Part shown: positions 48,701 to 62,465 of the stretch, piece by piece
Layout of the letters: each line of letters begins with the position of its first letter
Numbering within the stretch: position 1 is the first letter of the stretch
Position numbers and translations under genes: made by a program
NCBI GenBank assembly: GCA_051362555.1
Contig: CM120640.1
Location: forward strand, 27,304,503-27,368,502
DNA length: 64,000 nt
From: Lingula anatina
Taxonomy: Eukaryota; Animalia; Brachiopoda
Reading direction: 5' to 3'
The notes under the pieces: model-generated
Database searches by the model: none
Seen by the model: only the letters and a program-made list of their open reading frames with translations
Told to the model about the DNA's origin: nothing

Positions 48701-51077
48701 TTAGAGTTAAAAAAGATTTTACCAATGCCACGTTTTATGCCTGTATTGGATATGAAATATCAAGAACTGTGCTATATTATCATTCGACAATTATAATTAT
48801 GTTTTGGTTTCAAGCTGACTTACGTGGGTGTTGGGATAAAGACATGGAGCAAAATAGACTTACTTTTTGCCATGAAGCAAGACATGTCAGACATGTCTCT
48901 GGCAGCAACTTCATAGTTGGAGGACGGACACAAGTCCTGATAAGAATATACTGCAAAATGCCACTTACACAATATAACTTCTACTTGTTGACACCAAAGC
49001 TGTCAAGATATTTCCAAGGAAGGATGTGTTGTACTTTAAACTTAAAATTGCATGTTACATTGAAAAAATAAAAAAATAAATAAAAAATTATAATCCTTCA
49101 CATAAATTTGCTTTTATTTTTCTTTCAAACCTGTGATTTAAGTGAAAAAAAATAAGATAAAATAAAACCCCTTGAAACTGACAATTACAACTTTCTCTCA
49201 GGATCCAACCCACATCTACCTGTTATAATACAATTAATACTTGAACTAAGTCGGTGGGTGGGGTGCCGAGTGTACTTCGGTTGATTCATGATACTTCAGC
49301 TACCACTTGCTGAATAAAAATCACATCTAATATTTGAACATTTACATTAATGTTTGAACTATTTATGCCACTTTCTTTTATGTAGTACACAGTGACAATA
49401 TTTCCATATAATCTTCACGAGATACAACTATTTAACATTACCAATTTATATTCTTCATGAGAGAAACCTATACCTGTAATCAAAAATTTGATTTAAAAAA
49501 AAAACAAAAAATCATCAATAGATAATAAGTTTAAACTTATTTACATTTACAAACACACGTGTATATATTATATATATATTAATATGTATATAGCTAATAC
49601 ACTTATAAAATTGCAAGATAGTTAACATAATAGCTAAAATAATCTTCCAGTCCTCAGTACTTCATACAAAAAATATTACAAACATAATGTTATAAAAAGC
49701 AACTGCATTTTCTGAGCATAGTGCCAAATTTGACTGATAAAGAAACCTAGCTTGGTATTTTCCACAAGAAGTTTAACTTAGACAAAGGATAGCCAATCAA
49801 ATTTGTTTGAACCAATAAACATACATTTGTGGATTCATCATACATTTATGAATCCTAGTGCTCATGTCTATTTGAAAACTGTAACAAAATATGTCTGAAA
49901 ATTATCCGCTCCTACGAACCACACCATGTTGATATGTAAACCCCTGATGGCTCACGGTCTTTCTAGGTTTTCTAATAAAACAAATTTTATGAAACTAGAT
50001 GCAACATGGGTACATTTCGGTTGGAGAGAAATAAAATTTGTATTTCAGTTAAACAATTTAAGATGAATTATAAAAAAATAGAGGCAATTGTTGGAATCCT
50101 TATCCAGGAATGTTAAACTTTGGAGTTCATACACATACAGATATTCTTGAAAGTGGCAGAAAAAAAAGAAAAAAAAAAGAAAAAAACTTGGCTATCCTTA
50201 TCCTTTTTAAAGCATATTCAGTATCCCAAAGAAACAACTCGAGGCAAATACTAGTATACTGTAAGACACTTGCATGTCTGAATCTCAGAACAGCCGTTCT
50301 CCCCCCTCAAATGCACTCAAACAGCAAAGCAAGTCCTTCTTCAAAAATGCACAAGTACAACAGTCTAATGGTGAAGCTATTCTTAGAAAAGCTTTCAAAC
50401 TGAAGTATAATGCCATAAAAGTGAACCTTTAAGCAAAAACATCTAAATTACCAACCATACTATGATGTATTGTCTCTTCACAAGCAACTCACACTGAGTC
50501 ATCCCGTTTTCTAGTCGGTATGAACACTTCATAGAACTGGATCAATATGGTAACTGTACAAGTCCAGTGAACTTTAAGTCCAAAGGAGGGACACCTGATC
50601 TGCTACTATGAAAACTTGGAACAACTTTCCTTACACCAAGTTTAGTAGCATTACCATAACGTGATAGACATTACCACTTATACAATCAATGATATTATAT
50701 ACAAGTTTCTGAGTACAGTAATTAGATATACAATGAGGATATAAAGAAATCACAGGCAGGAGGTTCTGGGCTATTTACACTGGGATCTAGGGAAACAGTC
50801 TGCATAAAAGAGTCCTGGCTTCTGGAATTAATTTATTTTTCAATAATATTTCTAAAAAAATTTTTTTTTGCAATCTACACCAGTCAGTTCTTCCTTTTTC
50901 TTTCTTTTTTCTTCTTTCTTTTTTATTTTCTCTAGTCTTGGATTTCCATAAGGTCTAAGCCACAGGGAATGCCCCAATATTGGCACTTTGATCCCCCAAA
51001 ACAACGTCCAAAATCCTCATCATGCCAGATCTGCAGGCAACATACATGCAGTAATGTGTCGAAATAGCGTGCAATAA

Positions 51078-51161
51078 TCACATGACGCCAACTGAGATAC
51101 CAATGATGAGGGCTATAACTCCTAGTAACACCACGCAGCAAATTATCATCATAATCTTTTT
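51078..51161 (-). CDS. STX1A: Syntaxin-1 distal alternative terminal TM exon ([27 protein letters not shown])
   Basis: TTTTTCAG acceptor, phase 0, canonical syntaxin-1A-like KKIMxIICC tail anchor. Confidence 0.92.
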   Translation of the reverse strand, partial: KKIMMIICCVVLLGVIALIIGISVGVM

Positions 51162-54100
51162 CTGAAAAAATAAATGAAAATAAAAAGAACTTAAATTACA
51201 GTCAAATGAAAATACATAATATACGATAAGAAAGTGCAATATAAATTAAATATCAAAACTACACATTTTTGTTGCAAAGCAACATACTAGTATCACTCAG
51301 ACTAAGCCTGACTATGATGAGAAAATTACATAAACAAAAAGTGATATTTTTGCAAAGTGATATTTTTGAACAATAACTGTTGTCTGTTTATGGATATAAT
51401 GACAAACAGAGTTTTCACTTGACATTTAAATTCATCCACAAATTGAGCACAGCTTTATTCAAATTCTCAAGGCTCATTTAATTTAAAAATGCATCTATTC
51501 CACATTTCAATTTTTCAAAAAGAAAAAAAAATTCCATTAAAAAATCCAATTAAAAGTTTTCAAAAAAAAAAAAAATCTGATATTGATAAGGAGTCAGACT
51601 TTCCATATTTTATAGCATCCCAAGACATTTGTCCAAGGATACAATAGCATATTACTGGACATAGGCTCACCTGTAAGCAACCCATACCCCATCCCACCCA
51701 TGAAATGCCTTCCATTAAAACAGCAGACAGGAAAACAAATACAGCTCTGCTGCCTTAGATGGACACAAAGTGACTACAGGTAATTTATAACCATCGTTGA
51801 TTAAGTAAAAGGATGCCCGGTGAGCCTATATCATTCAAAATACTCTAGATAACAGACTAATTAATAATAACCAGATGAAATTATGACAAAAGTATTAGAA
51901 AATGTACTACTCAAAATTGCCATATTTGATTAAGAAATGAAAGGCAGACAAGTTTTAATGCTGGTTCATGCTTTGATGAGATAATGAAAATCAAAGGGCC
52001 ACATTTCCAGGCTCCCCAAATTTATTGTTCCATACACAATCACACTAATCACTATGGTCACATTCAGGTCAGTCAAAGCTAAAGCTGATTTTGTGCAAAC
52101 TTTTAAAAGCAGAAGATTTGATTTCAGACCTTCTCATTTCAAGATGAAATTTATGCTTGGGGGCTCAATACCTCCATTTTAACCCACCCACTTCCCACTG
52201 TCCTAACTGCTTTACTCAAAAGAGAGATAATGCAGTTTTGGTGGGAGTGGGTGGAGTACTATCAAAAACCTATTTCCTAAAGTTATCAAAACTGTCCTGA
52301 ATATGATGTGCGTCAGAGCAACTATTTCAATCAACCACAAGCAACACAACCTAAACTTAAGCTCTACAAAGAATTAAAAGCCATATGCTACTAAGGCAAG
52401 GGATGGAGGTATTCTGTGGTAGACCCTGTGGCTAAAACATATCCAAAATTTTAAAGAGTAATTTTTTTGTAAGGTTAATTGACTGCTACATACAAAAAAC
52501 AGTCAACTGGTCCACAGGTGCAAGATGAAGTTTTTTTCTAATAATCACAAACAATATTTCATAAAAATCCAAAAATAAGAATTCAAGACAAGGCACATGT
52601 AAAAAAGGAGGTTTTCCAAGGTATTCTCTTTGATTTTAAAACATTTCTAGCATTTGATTGACTGAGGGTCAAATATTGCTTTTATAGACATATCACATAT
52701 AGTGCCGATAAATAGAAATAGATGGGAAATAAGGACTGGGAACTGTTACAGCTATCAATACCTCTATTTATCATCCCTCCCAGCATCCTTATTGTATTGA
52801 GACTTAGCACCTCTACATCTGATATTATTAAAGGTATATACACACAGAATGCAAAGGCAAGACAAGACACAGTTCAACACCACTCTGAAACCAATCACAA
52901 GTAATAGGTATATTTATGGAATTATAGCAAGGTATATATTGGTTTATCAGAAAAGTGCATAGCATGCGGTTTCCCTATAATAAAGTATCTAGATAGGCTA
53001 CATGTCAGACAAAGGTGTGTGGTACAATTGACAGAGATGAACAAGGTTAAGTGTAGCACACAGTGGGTTTTTTTCACACCAAGATCTGTACATATGCACA
53101 CAAACATATTGCCCATATATATAAAGCATAATGAATATTGAAAAGGGAACCGCAATGGTGATATGCCAGAGGAAATGTTTTCTTGAGGAAAAGATTAGCA
53201 CTTAAGAGGTGATAACAATGGCAATCAACGCATTTCAATCTAGAATGTGAAAAATTAAGATCAGCCATCAAGAATCCACACCAGGTATTCCAGAGAATTC
53301 ATCCACAGCAGGAAAAAGTACAAAGCACACTTCCTTTCTCTGCTTCACGAGGACAGACACTCTTAGATCCTAATTTCATTTGAAAATATATCTTGGGTTG
53401 ATCTGTGGCACCAAATCAATTTGTTCACTAAAATCAATCTAAACTGTACAAAAATATGCAACGTATCAAATACAAAAAAAAAAAAGTTAAATAAAAAAAA
53501 AAAAAATAAATAAATAAAAGAGGTAATAATTACCAAAAGTTGTGGCAAAGGTGCTAGCTACTATTACCACCACATCGGTTACCACTTAGGCACACAGAGA
53601 GAATGATAATAAAGATAATCGCTAGGAGGATAACTGCACAACATATGATGAGCAGGAACTTTTTCTGCAACAAAAGAAGACAACATAGACAAAGAAGATA
53701 AGCAAAAACAACAATAATGATGACTATAGAAAATATATGCACACACATATATATGTATTTTAAGAAGTACTAAATTCATAAATCAACTTGGATGTTAAGT
53801 ATGATAACAGAAGAAAGAAATGGTCGGAAACTCTCACTTGCATGTTCTCTTTGGGGGTATAAAACAGCAGAAAATTATAGCAAAGAGTTACAGTTTTTAA
53901 TTCAAATGTTTTTATTTTCCTTAAAATAGGTGTCTAACCAGTACAGCACAAGCCCATATCAAGTGACAATAGTCCTACTACTATAATCAGTTATTTGCAG
54001 TTTTGTCAGAAATCAAAAATTCAAAGTCATTTCTGAAATGCTGTCACCTCTAAGAAACAATTTAGGGTTAACCAAAATGTACTATTTAATGGTTTCTACT

Positions 54101-57100
54101 GAAAAACTGAGGGTTTTGAAACCAATTTTTAATATCTCATAAAAAATTATTAAAAATTCTGTTAATATTCATTCAAAATCAATTGTACTGTCATAAATCT
54201 CCATCACCTTGATGCAGAAGAAGAGAAATCAAACTTTGCAAAGGATCAAGCTCCATCAGCAAGTCTTAAGGAATGCCAGTTTTGAAAAGAAACAGCACCA
54301 CAGGATGAAAAAGTTGTATATATCGAGAAAATAAGAACATTTATGACATATAGAAGAATCAAATCTTATTCTTTCATTTTTTTCTAGATTATTTCTACAT
54401 GTTGTCATCTAACTGTCTGCTTAATTAGTATAATTAGTATAAACTACGTTAAAGTGTGTTAGTTTTTTTCACCACCAAGAGAAACATGCAAGTACATAAA
54501 AAAATGTATGTATGTCAACTGGACTGATTGCAAGTCCATTTCTTGAGTCATTCTAACATATAAATTAATTAATTGGCTGTGTGTAAATTTGCTTCAATTA
54601 AGCTTTTTTTCTTTGGGTCATTTTCTTTTTTTTTTTACTCTTTCCTTTCTTGTTTTCTTTTCAGTATCACTATAAACCAAAAGAATGAAACAAAAAAGAG
54701 GTTGCCTTTTTTTGACATGTTAGCAAAACTCAACCTTCCAAGTTAATCTATACAACTGATGATGTTACAAAATAGAATCCAATCGAACAAAAAATTTGTG
54801 TAACATAAAAAAAAAAAAAACAATAATAAAAAAAAATAATAATAATAACAGAGAAGTAAAATCAAAATAACAACTTAGGTTGAACTTGTGATAAATTCAA
54901 AATTAAATCCAAAACTTCAAGCCCATAATGTCCACAGCCAAGTATGTTCATGACCACCATGATCTGTGTGAACAGCTGCCAAGAACACTGAAAGAGTCAA
55001 CAGTAAACAGAAACAGGATACTTACCTTGGTCTGTTACAACCCCCACCCATCAAAGACCATAGCCCACTCAACCATCAATGGCCTATTACAATCTGGCTA
55101 CTAAAAAACATATCTCGATAATCCCCACAGATCCCTTGTTCAGCATTTACCCAATATTTGCTGTATCACAGATAATGGAAAAACAAAGACACACGAACCC
55201 TAGGTGTGTATCCATCGTTTGAAAGCTGGGAATACCCTGAAATCTGTCAGGTCAGTGCAGAGCAAGTGTATAGACCACTGATGGTTCATCTTACCTCTCT
55301 AACCCGAACCCTGCACACTTACCCGTCGAGCTTTGCTTTGGTATTTCACTGCTTTCTTTGTGTCTTGTTTAGCAGTTTCAATGTAGTCTACTGACTGATC
55401 CACATTGTACTCTATTCTGTCAATCATTTCCCCCTGGAACACAGGACAAGTTGGGTGGAGGATACATACAAAGGCTCATCAAAGTGAGAAAATATCAAAG
55501 AAACAAACAGTAACACTGCTTTCCACTAAATGGCATTACTTAATTTAAAACTCATTTTATCAGGATTATTTCATTGAAATATATTTTAATTTCTAAAATT
55601 TTTTTCAATATTCACCATTCATAACAGCAAGGGGAGTAAATTAAGTCAACAAATCATAAGTTTACATTTGGCAGCAACCCAAGAAGGTGCCTCCTGTTTT
55701 GATTTGAAGCCCCAAAACATAGGAAGTTTCATTAGCACAACAGGATGAAGTAATCCTCACTTTCTGTAATCTAAAAATAACTGTCCAGCATAAAATCTAG
55801 GCCAACTACAAGCAATTTTCAAGAAGAAAGCAAAGTGCTAACCTACCTGCTGTTCAACCAACATAGCCATATCCATGAACATGTCATGGAGTTCTTTTAT
55901 ACTGTTTTCTAATTTTATGATATCATTATGTCTTGCTTCTATGTCTGCAAGGGATCTTTTTGCCTGTTCTGTTTCCATAATGATCTAAAACATGGAAAAA
56001 AAAACACTCATAAGAGGTAAAACAATGAAGTAGTAAAATTCAAATTTAGATTTATCATAATAACATACAGATAATGACTTAAGGATCAGGTATCAAAATC
56101 AAACTAAATACACCTAAAGTAGAATCTTGTCTATCACTATCATCGATCTAGAAGCAAAGAGATCATTACAATCTGTAATTACTTATTGTTGCCAAAGTTC
56201 CGTCTAATTTCAAAGATATCGCAAAAATTACCAAAACTAAATTGCATCATAAAGACAGGCCCAGAGTTATGAATTTTTAAAGATACGAACAATGTCACAG
56301 AGTTGTGTGCACAGTTAAAATTGGTGAGTAAGGTGTGTAGTAGCCTTAAGGCCCTTGCTAATGAAATTATAATTTTTAAACCATTAATAAAGTTTATTTC
56401 ATATACACCACTGCAATACATGTGGAAAGTAAAATATATTTTGTAACACACCAAGTAGAATAATGTAGATGGCATATTTGTATTGGAATTCTGAACAAAT
56501 CAACATACAAACTACTTGCTTGTAACCTGTCGGTAACCAAGGGTCTGTTTGTATTGGTTAATTCTTCCGCCTATCCTTAAAGCTAAAAAAAACTGTTTTT
56601 CAAATGTTCAACTGACAACAAAAAAGACCCTCTCCTAATAAGAGTCTTTCTTACTTACTCCTTGTGTAAATATTGCAGGGTTCCCAGATTCTAACATGTC
56701 TTCTAATTCATCATTAGTTGTTGACCTGCCAGCTGAAATATTAGGTTGACACTGCTATTACTAAACAGATATTAGTTTAAAAAAGATTGAGGCTGTATCA
56801 TATATGATTTGAGCCCATCATCTTTGCCAAAAAATGAAAGTTTGTGAAATGGTGATGTTTTTCTTAACACCTGAAGTCCCGTTCTTTGAAAAGAGTGTAA
56901 TGCTGAACCAGTTTAAATGCATGGCTGGGCAAGTGTTTACACAAAATTGCTTATAGAAATGAATTTTGTTTTCATTTTGATATTTATGCCACTGATTCTC
57001 CAAAAGAAAAAAAAAAAGAACCTTTGCCTCTACATTAAACAAAAAACAATTATGTGTTTCTTCTTTCTTCTGAGAAGGAAAATATGAAGGCATAGCTGTG

Positions 57101-60100
57101 CTTTAGTGAAAAAAATCATGCTCAAAGTAAAATAATGGAGACAAATATCTTATATTTATATTTATACACACACACATAAATTCATATTTAAGTGCATCTG
57201 TTACAATAAAATTTTCATATTCCGATATGACTACAGTGACCAAAATAAAGAATGACCCGAGGTGAAAAAGTGGTACAGTACAAAGATTTCTGTGCATTGT
57301 GAAAAAAATCAAAAGTTCCAATGCAGTGTTAAGAAGTAAAAGAAGCCCACTCAAGAAGTAAAATAAATAAATAAATGAATATAACATTATGATACTGTGA
57401 TAGATAATATTGCACAGCCCAAGAATGTAAGATCAAGCAACTGTGAATTAATTGTTTTTTCTCAAAACAATGAAAGTGTCATAGAACGAACCAATATAAT
57501 AAAATAAAAGATAGTTTAAAGTGCACATGCTAAACAAAAGTTCCATAGTTATTGACCCTCACAAATATATATAATGAATGATTTATGCAAAAAGAGTAGG
57601 ACTCCCTTCCATTGCAAAAAAAAAAAAAAAAAAAAAGAACTACACAGTCCATAGTGATGGCATCCCCTGTAATGAGGCTACCATCTTCAATTTGTTCACA
57701 GTCTCTAAATTAACTTGACTTTTTGTGTTACACACACAACCTAAACCCAGTCTTTTGAACTATGAATAATGATGTGTATGCAATATGTGCTAGGGAGTGT
57801 AAGAGGGCAGGTATGGGGATCATGCAAAAGCAAAACAGGTTTGATTATACTTTGACATAGGATGGAAACCCTCATTAGCCAGCAAAGCAATTACGTGAAA
57901 TCCACTTAACACTTCTTGCTTAATGTTAAAGCCATGCTGTCAGAGCAATTAACAACATATTTCGATTAAATTGCGTTCTAGATTTTCTACTACAAATACT
58001 GTAAGTAACGGCCATGTTTCAAAACAAAAATTTCTAATGTAACACTCTTCAATCAACTCTGTTCAAGTGATTCAAATCAAAAATTTGTGTTTCAAGTTAA
58101 GAGGATTATGAATGAGAAAAATAAACCAAGGCAGCAAAGCTGTCAAATGTACAGACAAAAAAGTAGAAAATAATAAAGCACAAAATAAGCTACTGTCAAT
58201 TCTAATGCAATAATACATTATGCTTAGTTGCAATGTCAACATCAAATTTTAATTATGCACAATGGGTAATACTGATGTAGGTAAAAATGTGTAACAAGCA
58301 TAAGGCTTCAGTCTCATGAGAGTTCAAGCTCACACTTCGAAAACACAAGAAAAGTCTGGTTTTCTAATTTCAGCTTTATGTCAATCCTAAGAATCATTCT
58401 TGAAAGTTAAAAAAATAATAAATAACAGTTTTCTTTTCATAATGTTTGTGGTGGCAGTGCACAAAGTAGGTTTTAGTCAATTCTGATGCAACATTACATA
58501 ATGATTAAAGGTGTAATTAACACCAATTTTTCAATTATATACTATAAATAATATGGACATTTAGAAAATTTGATTACAATTCAGCTACATGCCTGTGGGA
58601 GATCTAAAGTCAAACTTTGAAAATGCCAATGTATGAAAAATGAAAATTTCACAAACATGTAAAAATTCCAGAAAAAGAAGCCAGTTAGATGGCTTTTCTA
58701 GCTCAGGCTGCATTTTAGTTCTATGTTTTTCTTTTCTTTTCTTTTTTTTTTTTTTCTTTTTTTGTAAATTTGAGAATCATAAGTAACATGGTTTTCTTTT
58801 AATAGGGTTTTCTTAAATTCTGATGCAATATCACATAATGTGGGAATGACAGATGCAGGTGACCGCTATATGTACAAACACATCTGTGTCTGTACATAAA
58901 AAAAACAAATAGACTAATCTAACTGCCCTCAGCTTGAAACAAAATGTTTTCGATCTGAAGAATGTCTGGTGGCTTACTGATTTCCAACTGTCGCTGGATG
59001 CGTGCTTTGCAGCGGTCACGGTAGTCAACCTGACACGCGTTGTACTCATTCATAACTTCCACAAATTTACGTGATAATGTGGCGTGCTAAAATCAAACAA
59101 GTCAGGAAAACAAAAGGATAATTAAAATCAGTAGACAGCACTACATAAAGGAATACAGAATAATGGTTGAATAAAAACAAAACATAAACACATAAAAACT
59201 GTTACACAAAGCTGAAATGAAAAAGATAAGAATAAAATAAATAGATAAATTAAAGAAACATCTCCTATAGTCTGTGGAATTGCTAAAATGGCAGAGAAAA
59301 TACATATGAAAATAAACGTCATGGTCGAGTTGGAAAACACACAGAGCTCAAAGCTTACTGATTTCCATCTGCCTCTTAATCCTGGCCTTACAACCCTCTC
59401 TGTAGTCAACTTGTGCTTTGTTGTACACTTTCATCACTTCAATAAATTTGCGTGAGATGGTAGAATACTAAAAATGAACAAATTACTGAATGAAGCTGCA
59501 AGCCACGATAAAAGGCGAACACAGACAATGCCTTTAAGCTGCCTCCTCGTGCCCATGAAGAGGGCCCATATAATGTGAACAACAACACCTAAATGTACAA
59601 TATGAGTCATTATAATGAATTCAATATCTAGTTTAATTCAATGTCTTTCAAGCGTTTCAAAAACAGGACATCTTACTTTCAACAAGTAAAATATACAAAA
59701 GGAAAAGAAAATTTAAGAGTTAGGTATCACTTAAAATGCTCTAGGGTAAAACTGTAAGTTGAATTGATGTAAAAATTTTGCTTTTTCCTTTAAAAAAATA
59801 CATTTATTATCCAATTTTTTATGACTCTTTCTACAATTGATGCAAAAATATCACCGTGCTGGTGAAGTCTAGTGCCTATAATGCCAACCTGTGTCTTTCG
59901 TATCCTAAGATCTGCTGAAGATTTGTTGGAATGTTCTTCTTGTTCTATATTTTGGTCAATAACTGAAACAAAAATCAGCAAATATAATGGTTGCATAGTT
60001 TAAGGAAGTTTCTTTTAACTTTGACAGCTCTTTGTACACAATTTACAGAAGTACAAACTTTAATATTAAACAGTTTTCAAATATATATAGTATATAGCAA

Positions 60101-60555
60101 ATTTAGGAAAATTAATATTCTTAAAACTTACAATATGGAAAAAGTTCACAAATTTAAGTGGAGGTAATCAATTGTCACTCTTTTTAAAACATAGGACATG
60201 AGCCTTATGTTTTAGTGTGTAGTTATATAAATTTATTCATATATAAGATAGCACTGGAGTGTAAACAGTTTGGCAGATAATGCTGATACAGCTGACATTT
60301 AACAAAGTCAGCAATTATTGATACCTTCTGTGACACAATTATGTCCAAAGAGAATTTGTCTAATGACTTATTAAGGTACAGCTTAATGGGTGAAATTTTA
60401 CAGCAGCTTCAAACTTCAAAGGGAGATGGTTCAATGCATGCATTTTATCAGCAACATTCCAACAACATTAGCATGCTTACCCTTTAACTTAGCTCTAACT
60501 TTATTTGCTGTTTTCTTAATGTCAGCCATTAGTTCTTCTAATTCTTCTTTGATTT
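51078..60555 (-). CDS. STX1A: Syntaxin-1 (Qa-SNARE), 3' part; exons 60555-60481, 59962-59889, [59467-59359 or 59086-58978], 56732-56659, 55984-55847, 55433-55323, [53664-53554 or 51161-51078]; 5' exons lie beyond the window end
   Basis: [57 protein letters not shown] motif [57 protein letters not shown]|KK, TM with IICC. Exons of 75/74/109/74/138/111 nt join in phase. Confidence 0.96.
53554..53664 (-). CDS. STX1A: Syntaxin-1 proximal alternative terminal TM exon ([36 protein letters not shown])
   Basis: CTTTTGTTGCAG acceptor, phase 0, KK + hydrophobic helix with IICC and a short luminal tail. Confidence 0.85.
   Translation of the reverse strand, partial: KKFLLIICCAVILLAIIFIIILSVCLSGNRCGGNSS
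58978..59086 (-). CDS. STX1A: Syntaxin-1 mutually exclusive Habc (Hc helix) exon, copy B ([36 protein letters not shown])
   Basis: 109 nt, TTTTAG| ... |GTAAGC, phase 0 to 1. Confidence 0.92.
59359..59467 (-). CDS. STX1A: Syntaxin-1 mutually exclusive Habc (Hc helix) exon, copy A ([36 protein letters not shown])
   Basis: 109 nt, TTTTTAG| ... |GTAAGC, phase 0 to 1, no stops. Confidence 0.9.
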
Positions 60556-61594
60556 CTGAAAAGAGAAGACATTTTCACTTAAAATAACACCTTGCACAAT
60601 CGAAGCGCACTTGAAGAAAGAAATAATAGCATTGTTATAACAAAATAAATAAATGAAACAATGAACTTACTTATACCTAACAATGCAACAAATCATTAAT
60701 ATTTTTACATCATGCTATGTTAAATGGAATGCTTTACATATCTTATGAGTGATGTGTGCGAGGACATGATTGTAAATGTACATGTTGAAAGATGTGCTCA
60801 GTTCATCAAAGATTGGAAATTGGTCTTAAAGGCTTGTTTACAGTCCATTTGTGACAAGTTAACTATTTCTATGATTCTTGCCATCCCCACAACTTGGCAT
60901 GGCACATGAGTTTGCAGTAATAGTGTTAGGTGGAGCAGCAAAGTGATTAGATTGGCTCCTTTTGGTAAGAAATTGTAATTGTAGATATAATTGTCTGAGA
61001 CACGAAGCTACTACATTCCAGTATTATAACTGGGTTACAGATAAGAAGTTACACATATGATTATGTATACCACATATGACAGCTCAGAGGCCTCAATTGC
61101 ATGCACAGGTTGTACTAACACATATGTGAACATATCATGTTGTGAAACAAATTCAATTTGTATCTGGCAACTACATAGTCCCAACTTCCACAAAAATAAT
61201 AGTCTGCATAATGGTAGCCATTTCCCAGCATTTGTCAAAATATACAAAAATTAATGTCATATGAACATCACCACCAGTCATGCAAAATGTATGGAGTATT
61301 TTTTTTTTTGGCATTGTAGTACCATATATATCTTGTTGTATACCAAGAAACCTGTACACTCTGGACCTTCTTTATTTTGCCTATGGTGTCTCCATGCATC
61401 TCTGTCTGTCAATTGGCCTTTTAATTGCAAAGGTTGCATTCGGAACAGATGATCCATGGACTAACTGGTTTAAATCTCGGCTTTGAGGATTATCACTAGG
61501 CCCCTGCAGGGCTGACAAGTGTCGTCGGTGGAGAGACCATTAGGGAATTAGCAGCATCCCTTTCAAGTGGGGTCAGCCATATTTGACAACTTGC

Positions 61595-61809
61595 ACCCCA
61601 TTTCCATAGATTAGATCGACCTACTTTAGATCAACCTAACTCCCTGGGGGTTCACGCTAAATAGCTGTCAGCCGGGCGGACACGAAAGTTAATTACCCCC
61701 TTCCAGCTTGTAGTAGGCGGGACGGACATTTAAGTCGGATTATCTGAAAGTAATCTAGTGAGACTCCCCCCGGGGATAGATCGATCTAAAATCTATGGGA
61801 ATAGAGCCT
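61595..61809 (-). mobile_element. MITE family X, copy 2 (inverted)
   Basis: Reverse complement matches 19805-19983. TIRs ATTTCCATAGATTAGATCGA / TCGATCTAAAATCTATGGGAAT. Confidence 0.85.
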
Positions 61810-62344
61810 TGGTCAACAGATCATCTATTCTGAATGTGGCCAAAGATGACTTGTATTCGTGTTTGTTTGTCTGCGTGTGTTTAAATGGATTTGGAAGATG
61901 TTTTGAAAGTAATGCTATCTGCCTCTCAAAGTCACACATTGCTCAAATGTGGTCAAGTGGATAAGGCACTGTAACACCAAGTCAGTGAGTTGCATGAACA
62001 CAAAAGATGAATAGAATTAAGTATACAAAATGCCAGGTACAAGCAAGGACAAGATTATGATGAACCACAAGAAAAAAGAATAATTCATACGTTTTTCCCT
62101 TAAAAACAAAATTCAGCTTTTGTTCCAAAACGCGTCTTTTTAAATCGACAGGCAAATTAACATAAGAACATGGTGTCCATAATATTGTAAACTGCAAAAG
62201 CAGTTGCTATGCACCCATTCTATTTATTCATTCATTTAATTTCTTTTGATTTCAATCAAATTAAATTTGAGACAGTGGGGATGTATATAGAGCTGAACAT
62301 AGAGCTGCAAAAGGCAAGGTATGAGTACTAGATTAACTTATCAT

Positions 62345-62428
62345 AGACTGCATTCCCACAGATTTTAGATCCATCTATCCCTGTGGGCTGTCACACTAGA
62401 TTGCTGTCAGTTTAATCGGCATAAATGT

Positions 62429-62465
<37 letters not shown>

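Noticed and set aside
48616-49071. 151-aa plus-strand ORF
   Set aside because: No recognisable motif or supporting exon structure; lies antisense in the probable syntaxin 3'UTR.
52998-53201. Possible third syntaxin TM exon ([24 protein letters not shown] or KTFPLAY...[18 protein letters not shown])
   Set aside because: The more TM-like frame is out of phase with the only nearby acceptor, which is a weak AAG; hydrophobic frames are common in T-rich DNA.
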